In this document: in pieces, positions 30,844 through 40,060 of the stretch
How positions within the stretch are numbered: the first letter of the stretch is position 1
Layout: each line of letters begins with the position of its first letter
Source: a virus
Lineage: Duplodnaviria; Caudoviricetes
Virus record (IMG/VR): IMGVR_UViG_3300031992_000007
Span: 64,001-128,000 of that record
Strand: one strand, 5' to 3'
DNA: 64,000 nt
Translations under genes and position numbers: made by a program
Notes under the pieces: generated by a model
Databases searched by the model: none
What the model saw: only the letters and a program-made list of their open reading frames with translations
Told to the model about the DNA's origin: nothing

Positions 30844-32487
30844 TCAGAACGAGTCCTTAGGAGGGTTCGCTGTCAAAGCATGAACTGTAATTGCTACAAG
30901 GTCGTCTGTACCTACCTGGGTTTTGCCAGAAGGAAGGATGTAGTTCTGCGGAGAGTTGCAGTACTTCTCGCATTCCTCGTTGGCTTCTTTGCCGTAGATA
31001 GGGTTCCAGGACACTGTATCCCCGTCGTAGTCCGCCGTCAACCCAGCACGTTTACTAGGATGGAACTTAAGAACGTCCTCTACCGTCGCTCCCATCACTG
31101 GATACTCAGGGAGAAGTTCACCAGCTCCAGTTGAAGCGTTGGTAACGAAGTTAACAACTCTTGCAGGAGCGGTGCTCATCAGGTGAGTCTTGGAAGGGAA
31201 GATCGACTGCTGATCAGTTACAGGATAACGAGTGATCAAACCGTACTTGCCTTTGCTGGCGTAGTACGTGGCTATGTACATCATCTCGATATAGGTAAGA
31301 GGATGCAGCTTCTTGGGATCGAATGTTCCTTTGTAGTCCTGTTTGAACTCGTTCAGGTTACGGAAGATGTAGATGTCCTTGACATCGTCATACACCAGAT
31401 AGAGGTAATAGGGTTTACCCTTAGACCTGACTATAACAGGACGGAACCTGAAGTCAGGATCCCTGAACCTGTCGATAGTCTTCTGTATTCCATTGGAAGT
31501 CAGAAGAAGGTCTTTGTCCTTGTCGTCTATTGGAACGTAACCAAGTAGGTTAGTTTCAGGATCGATCATCGATACGGAATCTGAACCCTGACTTATTACA
31601 TTCGAGTAGAACAGGAGTCTCATCCAGTAAACAACCAAAGACGAGAAGCCTTTAGCAGCCTGGTAAAGAGGAACCTTGACTTCATTAGGTCTGTGAGCCT
31701 GAGGACTGTCAGGTTCAGGAGCTTCCATATTGGTAGCTGTAATGACGTTACGAGTACCACCAACGATGTGACGGTGGGCAAGTTTACCCTGGAGGAAGCC
31801 CTTCTTACCTTCAACCATGTTGTACAAGCACTCATAGATTTCCATCACTTTCCTCTGGATAGAGAAATGGACGGAGTCATAGAGAGGATCTTCATTGCCG
31901 AAGGGAGGCATGGCTTTGGTAGAGCTAAGCAACGAGGTGTAAAGTGAGTTGATAGAACCCTTCTCTATCCTACCTTCTTCCTCGGACATATCTCTGATGC
32001 CAGCAGGTATAACGATGCAGTATTCGATGAGAGCCCTGTCCTTATACTTGATCATGATGTTGATCTTGTCTTCACGGCGAAGAGACTGATTCTTCTTGAA
32101 GTTGATTTCTTTGAAGTGCTTCAAAAAGAAAGAATATCCAGTATCAGCACCTTCTTCGGTCTCACTGGACCGAATGAAGTCTTTCTCTTGCTTGTCCCAG
32201 ATGGCATACTCTCTACCAGCCATGATCTCCACGTAGAACCTCTTCATAGCCTGCAAGTTCTGGTAGATGACAGGATGAAGGACTTTACAGTTAAGACGGA
32301 TGAACGCGTGTCTGGTCATGCGCTCTTCAGAAGTAACTGGGGCGAAGATGAGTTCTGAGAAGAGCCCCTCTGGGTGGAAATCTGAACTTGAGGAATTATG
32401 GATAAGTGGAGATGTGACCTCTTTGAGAGCGTGATCTTTGATGAACTTTTCTACATCCATGATCGCTATGTTCAAAGGCGCAGCCAT
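30844..32487 (-). CDS. virion RNA polymerase beta' catalytic subunit (phiKZ gp180-like)
   Basis: FHPEGLFSELIF, KKGFLQGK...TRNVITA, TRYPV, catalytic ADYDGD; start MAAPL with RBS AAGGAG. Confidence 0.9.
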   Translation of the reverse strand: MAAPLNIAIMDVEKFIKDHALKEVTSPLIHNSSSSDFHPEGLFSELIFAPVTSEERMTRHAFIRLNCKVLHPVIYQNLQAMKRFYVEIMAGREYAIWDKQEKDFIRSSETEEGADTGYSFFLKHFKEINFKKNQSLRREDKINIMIKYKDRALIEYCIVIPAGIRDMSEEEGRIEKGSINSLYTSLLSSTKAMPPFGNEDPLYDSVHFSIQRKVMEIYECLYNMVEGKKGFLQGKLAHRHIVGGTRNVITATNMEAPEPDSPQAHRPNEVKVPLYQAAKGFSSLVVYWMRLLFYSNVISQGSDSVSMIDPETNLLGYVPIDDKDKDLLLTSNGIQKTIDRFRDPDFRFRPVIVRSKGKPYYLYLVYDDVKDIYIFRNLNEFKQDYKGTFDPKKLHPLTYIEMMYIATYYASKGKYGLITRYPVTDQQSIFPSKTHLMSTAPARVVNFVTNASTGAGELLPEYPVMGATVEDVLKFHPSKRAGLTADYDGDTVSWNPIYGKEANEECEKYCNSPQNYILPSGKTQVGTDDLVAITVHALTANPPKDSF

Positions 32488-32570
32488 GATGTTTCTCCTT
32501 TTAGATTCAAAATAAAAATGGCATAGGATGTTTGCCCTCCCCTCCTTATTAGGGAGGGGAGGGTTGTGGT

Positions 32571-32897
32571 TTAGTCGTGGTCGTGTGGGTTGAGTTCCTC
32601 TTCGACCTTTAACCACTTTCTTGCGACGGGCATGTAGAAGAGTATTCTCTGCTCCACATACGGAGTGAGTTCTTCTGACACCCAGAACTCGGTTCGGTTG
32701 TAATACCTCCGAGCTTCGAATACTGTGCCTGTTATCAGACGCCAACCCATGATCCGGACATACTTCTCATCTGCACCGTCGTGACGACAGAAGAAAACAT
32801 ATCCGTTGATGGTTATGCCTCCGGTTATTTCTCCATACTGACTCAGGAGTTTGTCTATCTCCTCAGCGAGTTGAGAGTTTGTCTCTAGCTTCTTCAT
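32571..32897 (-). CDS. hypothetical protein
   Basis: Start MKKLETN, RBS AAGGAG, own promoter (32938-32967) and terminator (about 32535-32563). Confidence 0.7.
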   Translation of the reverse strand: MKKLETNSQLAEEIDKLLSQYGEITGGITINGYVFFCRHDGADEKYVRIMGWRLITGTVFEARRYYNRTEFWVSEELTPYVEQRILFYMPVARKWLKVEEELNPHDHD

Positions 32898-32970
32898 CGG
32901 GGATCTCCTTTTGTTGTTGGTGGTTGTTAACAATATCGTAATATATAAATCAAGAGTATTGATTAACTTT

Positions 32971-33791
32971 GAGGTGAGCATCCAGAACTTGGATATTGGA
33001 TAGCATATCACGAAGGTGGTTCTGATAGAGAGGGAACGTGTGTTTCAGCGTGGACTCGCAGTGGATATTATTCAGTAGACAGACTAGCATGTAGGCTCTC
33101 CTATCTGGAGGTGAGGGTGAACGCTATTGGCATGCTGGGTGGTATGGAGCAATGGCTGTAGACAGAGAAGGAAAGAAATTGAATGTGACTATCTACTGGG
33201 TAGTTAATCTTGATATACACAATAGGCTCTCCTCAGAGGTGAGAACAGAGAAGGACAGTCGATATGTCTACGAGCAGTCGCTGATCAAGAGAATAATTCC
33301 TCACACGATGTCTTAACGTTCTACTCAAATAGAATCATGAACTCGATGTATCCTGGATCTGTGTATCGTAAAAGGCTCTCCCCCTCCAGAGGTGTAACTG
33401 ATCAGTCTTACGACACAAGATTTATTGTTGATAACAGAACTGTTGGTGGAACTGTTCCTGGTTCGACATATTCAAGTGGTTCTAGTTTGAATCGAGTTTA
33501 TGGAATGACTAACAGGCTCTCCTAAGGAGGTGAAAGAACAGGCTACGTATGTCAGTGTTACATTGGACTTGCAGGATATTGTGGGACTGATACAGGCAAC
33601 ACTACAATGAATCCAGCACGACCGTTATACGATGCAGAATTTCCCAGGCTCTCCTAAAAGGTGGACAGTCTAATGGCGCACCTCTCTTTGAATATGCGTG
33701 GAGACACTGGTTCATGATGAAGAATGGGTTTCACGGAACGAACTTCTCACCTAACTGGGATAATGATGTCTCCATAAACACAAGGCTCTCC
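32971..33791 (+). repeat. array of six variable cassettes bounded by (G/A)AGGTG ... AGGCTCTCC
   Basis: AGGCTCTCC at 33093, 33224, 33373, 33514, 33646, 33783; (G/A)AGGTG at 32971, 33108, 33236, 33389, 33527, 33658; each unit is an open frame G...RLS. Confidence 0.9.
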
Positions 33792-33811
33792 AAAAAATAA
33801 AAGCAAGCAAT

Positions 33812-33841
33812 GCCTTCCCTAGGCCGAAGCCTAGGGAAGGT
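33812..33841. terminator. strong hairpin terminator closing the cassette array
   Basis: CCTTCCCTAGGC-cgaa-GCCTAGGGAAGG preceded by an A-tract. Confidence 0.85.
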
Positions 33842-33844
33842 TAT

Positions 33845-34235
33845 GCCCATCACTATCCCTGATGTTGAGACATTTCCAGTATCACACCCCATGAGAGCTC
33901 GTCTCTAACACGGGTCAATCACTCCCGTGCCGCAGAAAGGACGCCGGAGAGTCAGCTCTCTCCGGCAGTTCGACGAGGGATAGCCGTGTACAGGTAGGAT
34001 AACCATTAACCCACCTACGTGCTAACTGTAGCAAGTCCATGCCCTCCATACAGAGAACACGCCTGGTTAAGATACACGGCTGGAGCCCAGACCATTTGAC
34101 AAGTGTGTTTTCGATGTCCCTGGCACGAGTTCTGTAGTACACCACTATACCCCTAAACAAGGGCGGAGATCAGTGGTGGAAAGGACTCGGGGCGGCCCAA
34201 CTCCGGCTACATACATTCGTGATGACTGTTTAAAT
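33845..34235. ncRNA. candidate structured non-coding RNA
   Basis: About 390 nt without a convincing ORF, with several complementary helices (see findings). Confidence 0.4.
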
Positions 34236-34238
34236 CGC

Positions 34239-35843
34239 TTACCAGTTCCTACGACGGTAACCGCCATGGAAACTGGGACCATCCTGAACTTCTGCCAGTG
34301 TTACCCAGCGTCCAGGTATATGATGAGTTGCGATCCAAGATTCATCCTCGAGACCGTAGTCGCGGCGGGCGATAGCGATCCTCCAGAACTTGCCATCTTT
34401 CATCTTGACGAATGCCCAAACGACGTCGTCGTAGAACACGTCAGATTCAGTCGGGTAAGTTCCCTGACCATCGATCTTCGTCTCCAAGAACGACTTGGTC
34501 TTAGCCTGGTTGTGGTAGTCGTTCAGGAAGGTGTGAACGTGGTTGGCTGACGGAGCTGTTGTTCCGAACATTGCCATGAGCGTTCCGTTGCGATACTCAG
34601 GATCGGTGATATCAACGAAGTCAGTTTTCACGGGCTTGTCCTCCTTGTCTGATTGCATGGTATTCTGAAGTTCCCTTTCAGGTTCCTTGATCCTGATCTC
34701 GACAGTGTAACCCTTGTCGAAGTCATACTTGACTCCACCGATCTCGTAGTCGCGATCAAGCAGCTTGCCTGTCGCTATCGGGGATTCGATGAGTTTGTTG
34801 AGCACGATTTCGGCACGGTCGTGTTCAACTTCGAGGCAGTTTATATCGTTGCCCAATACAGTCTGTCCAATTTCATCCTTGATCTTATCGTAGAGTTCGG
34901 TCTTGCTCTTGTCAACGTACGGGCTGACATCAAGCTTGGAGTCTGCATACTCGGGCATTACTTCGACCCAAATGGTAGTGCTTCCTGTATTCACTTCTGG
35001 TTCCTCCTTAGGTTGTTTTTGCTCTTCGACTGGTTCAGGTTCTTCAGCAGGAGCTTCTTCTACTCCTGGTGCGTCATCCCCGTCGGTTCCTCCGTCGGAT
35101 TCGGATCCAGCATCTCCTTCTTCAGGCTCTGCAGGTTCCTGCTCGTCTCCGGAGTCGTCGGGATCGGGGGAGTCTGGCTCGGATTGTTCATCTGTTCCGC
35201 TATCTGTGACGACACCGCTTTCCAGAACGGACTCTCCAGTGGATCTATCATCTTTGACCTCCTGTTTTTCTTCGGTTGATTCTAGTGTCTCGGTAGAAGG
35301 CTGTTCTTCTTCTTCAGGTTCATGGTGAACCTCCACGACCTCTGGTGGTTCGTGGAAGAGGGACTCATTCTTGAGTCCCTTCACGAAGTTCTCCTTCTGG
35401 TCGACTTTGAACACAGTAATCCTCTGACTGCTGTATTCGATGAGAGGACGGCTGACAACCGCCTCGTATTCAGATCCATCGAGTTCCTTGGCGAGCACTT
35501 CGTATTCAAGCGTGATGCGAGAAACGTTGTGTCCGTCTGGACGAGGGAGTTTGCTTAGAATGATGTTCAGACCATAATCGGTCGTAAACTTCCACACAAC
35601 TCCGAGACGGAACTTGTTGATGAGATGCATTCCGAGTGCATGGCTCTGATCGCCACAGGAGTTCAAGATCCCATTGGCGATGTCATGGATGCTGCTTTCT
35701 CCATAGTTGTTGCTGGAGATACTGAGCAGCATGCGGCAAAGCTGCATGCTGTCGATACGATCCAGACATCCGAATCCTTCCTTCTTGATGCGATCTCCAA
35801 GAGAAGTAACATTCGGACCTGATAGCTTGATTGTACTAATCAT
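34239..35843 (-). CDS. hypothetical protein with long acidic linker
   Basis: Start MISTIK with RBS AAGGAG; E/D/P-rich central region. Confidence 0.8.
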   Translation of the reverse strand: MISTIKLSGPNVTSLGDRIKKEGFGCLDRIDSMQLCRMLLSISSNNYGESSIHDIANGILNSCGDQSHALGMHLINKFRLGVVWKFTTDYGLNIILSKLPRPDGHNVSRITLEYEVLAKELDGSEYEAVVSRPLIEYSSQRITVFKVDQKENFVKGLKNESLFHEPPEVVEVHHEPEEEEQPSTETLESTEEKQEVKDDRSTGESVLESGVVTDSGTDEQSEPDSPDPDDSGDEQEPAEPEEGDAGSESDGGTDGDDAPGVEEAPAEEPEPVEEQKQPKEEPEVNTGSTTIWVEVMPEYADSKLDVSPYVDKSKTELYDKIKDEIGQTVLGNDINCLEVEHDRAEIVLNKLIESPIATGKLLDRDYEIGGVKYDFDKGYTVEIRIKEPERELQNTMQSDKEDKPVKTDFVDITDPEYRNGTLMAMFGTTAPSANHVHTFLNDYHNQAKTKSFLETKIDGQGTYPTESDVFYDDVVWAFVKMKDGKFWRIAIARRDYGLEDESWIATHHIPGRWVTLAEVQDGPSFHGGYRRRNW

Positions 35844-35859
35844 GTTTTCTCCTTTTAGT

Positions 35860-37944
35860 TTATGGTACAGGATAGACATCCGAAAATAGAAGTTTACTGT
35901 CTTCAAAACCACAAGCTACACCTATCTGCTTCAAGAGAAGATGACAAGGCTTGACGTTGTGATAGATAATGTCAGTGAACTTCACAAGAGGGATGATCTC
36001 GGGTGGCACCTTACCACCAACGGGATTGATGACGAATGTAGATGGCGGCTTGTTCTTCGCAAGGAATGCCATCATGCGCTGATAGATGTCTGGACTGGTC
36101 TTGGACAACCAGTTCAGATATTCCTTGTTCGGAACATGCACTTGAACTGCTGGAGCCTTGGTAGGAATCAGGATGTCTCCGTATTTCTGAGCAAAGATCT
36201 CCTGCCAGGCGTAGTAGTAATACCAGTTGGACTGAAGAGGTGTGGCGTAATCAGTCTTCTTGCGGATAGACAGACTCTTGAACCAGGTGGAACTACCTTC
36301 CTGCAAGTCCTGTCTAATCTTGTTCTCGAATGTACTGACTTTGTGCACCAACTCATGTCCTGAGATCTTACCATTGTTGTTCATGTTTATCAGAACGTCG
36401 TTCTCAGAAAAGTTCTTAGCGAAGGTAACTGCTTCCTTGCAGATATCAGATCCCTTGAACTGAACACCTTTAATGTCGATCTCTGGCTTGGGTAGCAGAA
36501 CACCTTCCTGAATAGCCACGATGCCAGCATAATGTTTCTTCACATCAGCCAGGATCATAACCGTATACAGGAACTCGTTCTTCATAGCCATCACTGTCTT
36601 GTATTCATCCCTTGCTCCATGAGCTTCACTGTAGATCAAGAGAGTGTGGGCGATAGCCTGGGTTATCCAGTAGATCATCACACAAGCGATGTGATAGGAT
36701 TCAGGAGCAGTGCTGTAGACATCTCCAGTATACCACTTAACCCAGTCCTTAACTGTAAAGATGACCGAGTCAGTATCGGAAATAACTGCAGAGTTCCTGA
36801 TCATGTTGGGTCGGGTTCTGACAGAAGTCCTATTAATAGGAGTAAAGAGGAACGTGTTGAACAGTTTGTCCATGTCCTTGAGCTTCTTGTCCACATACCT
36901 TGCGATATGCACGAACTTGACAGCCAGGTCAGGGAAGAGTTTAGGAAGGTCGTAGACCTGAACCTCAGGATCGTGTGGGTCAACATGCTCTCTGAACGCC
37001 ACGTTGCACAGAATAACTAGAGCTCCGTCTAGTTTGAACAGATCGTCTGGGACTACTTTGCTGTCGGAGAAGTCGACATTGTTGATGTCGAACAGTTCCT
37101 TGAACCAGCCTTTCATTGTCCCTTCGTTACCCATGAACATGTGACGAAGATTCTGGAAGTACCAGAAGTACTGAACCTCCGAATCATTCAGCTTGCTTAT
37201 CATGTCAGTGAGCATGGAGAAGTCATCATACCTGTGGTACATGGTAAGACACTTCTTGTAGAACTCGAAAAGATCGTTGTGAGTGGCTCTCTTCAACTTG
37301 TAGGTGGACATGACTTCTTCAACAGCAGCACAGTCTATACCTTTATTGAGGTGAGCTACGATGTGTTGAAGAAGTTCGTCCATAGAGAACCAGGCAAAAT
37401 TGCCTCCAAGAACAGCTTCGATCTCAGAGTTGGCATAGCCAATCAAAGATCTGCCACACGAAGTGATGGCGTTGTAGTTAGCCTTGCTGTAGAACAACGA
37501 ATACGGAGATCCGTAGTTACCAGGCAAGCTGTTCATGGTTATCTTGATTAACGTCTGAGCGTAGTAGTGCTTGAGTTCCTCGGTGGTATTACCGGCAGCC
37601 TTAGCTTTAAGCTGGAGTTTCTTCTCCCTCTTCCGGTTAGCCATCATCTCGATGATCATCTCGATCGTCTTGGACATCTTGACACTGTGCTGGCAGAACA
37701 CAGAACCCGAGTCAGACAGGATGTTATCCTTCTGAGCATCGAACCACGAAGCCAGGTCGACTGCCTTGATGACAGGGACTCCGTCTTCCTTGGTTTCCTC
37801 GATTATTGCTGTTAACGGGTGGTACGTTTCCTTGCACAGTTCCAGGCTGTATGTCCTGGCTTTATCTTCTGGTAGTCCGTACTTCCTCATCATGTACGTA
37901 GCTACTTGGTCTCGGTAACATTTGAGCAATGGTTGACGAGCCAT
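35860..37944 (-). CDS. phiKZ-type family B DNA polymerase (polymerase-domain subunit)
   Basis: KITMNSLPG.YG, SDTDS, KKHYA and IKG motifs; RBS GGAGG; TATATTAC at 38014-38021. Confidence 0.85.
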   Translation of the reverse strand: MARQPLLKCYRDQVATYMMRKYGLPEDKARTYSLELCKETYHPLTAIIEETKEDGVPVIKAVDLASWFDAQKDNILSDSGSVFCQHSVKMSKTIEMIIEMMANRKREKKLQLKAKAAGNTTEELKHYYAQTLIKITMNSLPGNYGSPYSLFYSKANYNAITSCGRSLIGYANSEIEAVLGGNFAWFSMDELLQHIVAHLNKGIDCAAVEEVMSTYKLKRATHNDLFEFYKKCLTMYHRYDDFSMLTDMISKLNDSEVQYFWYFQNLRHMFMGNEGTMKGWFKELFDINNVDFSDSKVVPDDLFKLDGALVILCNVAFREHVDPHDPEVQVYDLPKLFPDLAVKFVHIARYVDKKLKDMDKLFNTFLFTPINRTSVRTRPNMIRNSAVISDTDSVIFTVKDWVKWYTGDVYSTAPESYHIACVMIYWITQAIAHTLLIYSEAHGARDEYKTVMAMKNEFLYTVMILADVKKHYAGIVAIQEGVLLPKPEIDIKGVQFKGSDICKEAVTFAKNFSENDVLINMNNNGKISGHELVHKVSTFENKIRQDLQEGSSTWFKSLSIRKKTDYATPLQSNWYYYYAWQEIFAQKYGDILIPTKAPAVQVHVPNKEYLNWLSKTSPDIYQRMMAFLAKNKPPSTFVINPVGGKVPPEIIPLVKFTDIIYHNVKPCHLLLKQIGVACGFEDSKLLFSDVYPVP

Positions 37945-38092
37945 ATTCGTTTTCCTCCAATGTTCATTCAATGACCAAAAGTTGTAAACATTTAGAGGTC
38001 GATTTACATTAAGGTAATATATGTGCCAGGAGTAGACGGGGTAAATCTATCCTATGGTCCTTACTTTAAATGAATAAGAAAGGTAAAAGACA

Positions 38093-38839
38093 ATGTTCAA
38101 CTTCGCTCTTAAGAAACAGACCAATAAACCGGCCCAAGAAAGCCTCGTGGAAAAGACGCCGGAGATACGCGACTATGTTGCGCTCAACCTAAGTGAAGGT
38201 GGACGTTATGTCGTCATCACTGGGACCGTCCGTGGCATAGTGTCAGCTCTGGCCAAGCTCCTCCGTTTGCGCGGAGAGAAACCAGATGCTATCGCAGAGA
38301 AGATCAAACCTTTTATCGCCAGCTGTGTATCGGCTGGAGACCTTCGTAAGGATACGGCTGAGTACATCCTTAGCGATGACTGGTATTTTACACAGAGTGA
38401 TTACATCCCGTGCTATTGCAGGCCTTCGGATTCCATGTGGTCGTTGTTCAATGACATCCTTGAGGAAGCCAAGGGTTCCAAGTATTGGAACTCAGATCTC
38501 AAGAACGATCTAAAGCTAAACATCAACCCGCAGGAGAAAGCTATCCTCGATGCATTCGAGACAGCCCGTAAGGCGTACTACGACGCCATGCGAGTTCGTG
38601 ATGACTATTTCTCCAAGCGTGGTGCCCTCATCGTTCATGACGTCCTCCGTAAGTATGCGCAGCATATTTCCAGCATTGACGAGGAGTTCTATAAGTTTAT
38701 GGCAGATCAGATAGCTGAGACTCTGTCCCAGCTCGATGACGATCAATCGTGTCCGTCTGATCCTAGCATCAAGAATGAACTTGCTGTTAGTAGGGCTGGG
38801 CTCACGTTGTCTGAGCAAGCAGAAGAGTCAGACAGCTGA
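38093..38839 (+). CDS. hypothetical protein
   Basis: 248-aa ORF, RBS AAAGG. Confidence 0.75.
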   Translation: MFNFALKKQTNKPAQESLVEKTPEIRDYVALNLSEGGRYVVITGTVRGIVSALAKLLRLRGEKPDAIAEKIKPFIASCVSAGDLRKDTAEYILSDDWYFTQSDYIPCYCRPSDSMWSLFNDILEEAKGSKYWNSDLKNDLKLNINPQEKAILDAFETARKAYYDAMRVRDDYFSKRGALIVHDVLRKYAQHISSIDEEFYKFMADQIAETLSQLDDDQSCPSDPSIKNELAVSRAGLTLSEQAEESDS

Positions 38840-38870
38840 GTTAACCCTTGTAGGAGAAAGGAGGTGTTGC

Positions 38871-39089
38871 ATGAACAACACCAGAAACTTCCCTGTCGCA
38901 AGACAGGAGACCAACCACAAGGTGGGCGACTCAGTACTCAGCGTCTTCGATAAGAGGATAGCTGTGTTAGAAGCACTGCACTTCGATATAGGCGCTAGAC
39001 TGGGTAAGGCGAAGATACGTCACCTTCACACGTACAACTATGCAGATATTGTGCCTCTTGAGGTTGATCATACTTTAATACCAGCTTGA
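38871..39089 (+). CDS. small hypothetical protein
   Basis: MNNTRNF start with RBS AAGGAGGT. Confidence 0.5.
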   Translation: MNNTRNFPVARQETNHKVGDSVLSVFDKRIAVLEALHFDIGARLGKAKIRHLHTYNYADIVPLEVDHTLIPA

Positions 39090-39124
39090 CCTATCCGATG
39101 ACCACAAGTCGGAAAGGTTTAGTT

Positions 39125-39943
39125 ATGGCTACTGAAGTATCGTTCAATAAGAAACTGAACGAGGTCAAGTTACTGCTGTCTTCGCTGTTCGCCAGGAAAC
39201 TAAACTGGGTGATATTTAACGGAGATGATCCCAACAACCTTATCTTCACCACAGTTGAGGTTAACAGGATTGCGTTTTATCGCCCAGAGATCGATGATCA
39301 GATGGCACTGGTCAAGTTAACGGACGAGGGTATCAAATACCTCTATGAGTTGTTCCCTATCTTCAGGTCAACATGCGGGGTTATATTCTTGCCGACTTTC
39401 TTGTCGACGATGAATAAACTCATAGCTGAGACCAAGGGAGTAGCACCGAACATTAGGTTGGATATGGGTACGGAAGCCTTTTACATGGCAGCGCCCAAGT
39501 CAACCAGACCAGAGTTCGAGTTGGATGAGGACTCCAGACCCACGGAAGTGTGTGTAGGGAACCTGACGATATCTGCTTTCTACGAACAGTATAAGCAGGT
39601 ATTTACCAACCATGTTAACTTTGGTTCTCAGCTCATCGAGAAGAACATAACTCTTGGAGATCAGGCTAAGAGAGATAAGATAACAAGTATTGATGTTGAT
39701 GTTCCCAATCATCTCTTCAATACGGACACTTTCTTCAGACTGCCTATCCAGGATGGTACGAACATCGTTTCGTTTACGGAGTACTTGAGCAAGCGCAAGG
39801 CGGAATGGAAATACCGTCTTCTGATCTACTACGATGAACGTCACAGTGTAGCACGGACTGCTTACGTCTACAAGGATGAGTGGTTGGAGGCAGTCTCTAT
39901 AACTCCAGCTGCGCTGTGGTTCCCATTCAGGAAAAAGAAATAA
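39125..39943 (+). CDS. hypothetical protein
   Basis: Start MATEVSF; terminator hairpin at about 39957-39981. Confidence 0.75.
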   Translation: MATEVSFNKKLNEVKLLLSSLFARKLNWVIFNGDDPNNLIFTTVEVNRIAFYRPEIDDQMALVKLTDEGIKYLYELFPIFRSTCGVIFLPTFLSTMNKLIAETKGVAPNIRLDMGTEAFYMAAPKSTRPEFELDEDSRPTEVCVGNLTISAFYEQYKQVFTNHVNFGSQLIEKNITLGDQAKRDKITSIDVDVPNHLFNTDTFFRLPIQDGTNIVSFTEYLSKRKAEWKYRLLIYYDERHSVARTAYVYKDEWLEAVSITPAALWFPFRKKK

Positions 39944-40060
39944 CGACCAAGTGTAACCACCGACGGGCAACCGTCGGTGGTGTACTTAACTTTTTATTTA
40001 TCCCTACGGCTACTATTTAATACATGTTGACAATTCACAACCAAATAAGGAGAAGTCACT

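Noticed and set aside
33337-33525. 62-aa ORF as a stand-alone gene
   Set aside because: It is read-through of cassettes 3-4 from an internal Met and has no RBS.
32971-33791. Canonical CRISPR array
   Set aside because: The conserved part is only 9+6 nt with a variable linker, the intervening segments are about 110-130 nt and preserve reading frame, and there are no cas genes in the window.
32971-33791. Classical DGR template/variable repeat pair
   Set aside because: Units are not near-identical copies differing at adenines, and no reverse transcriptase was seen in the window.
34140-34215. tRNA or permuted tmRNA (minus strand TCCACCA followed by GGGGTATAG)
   Set aside because: No TTCGA T-loop or 7-bp acceptor stem could be built; kept only as part of the generic structured-RNA candidate.
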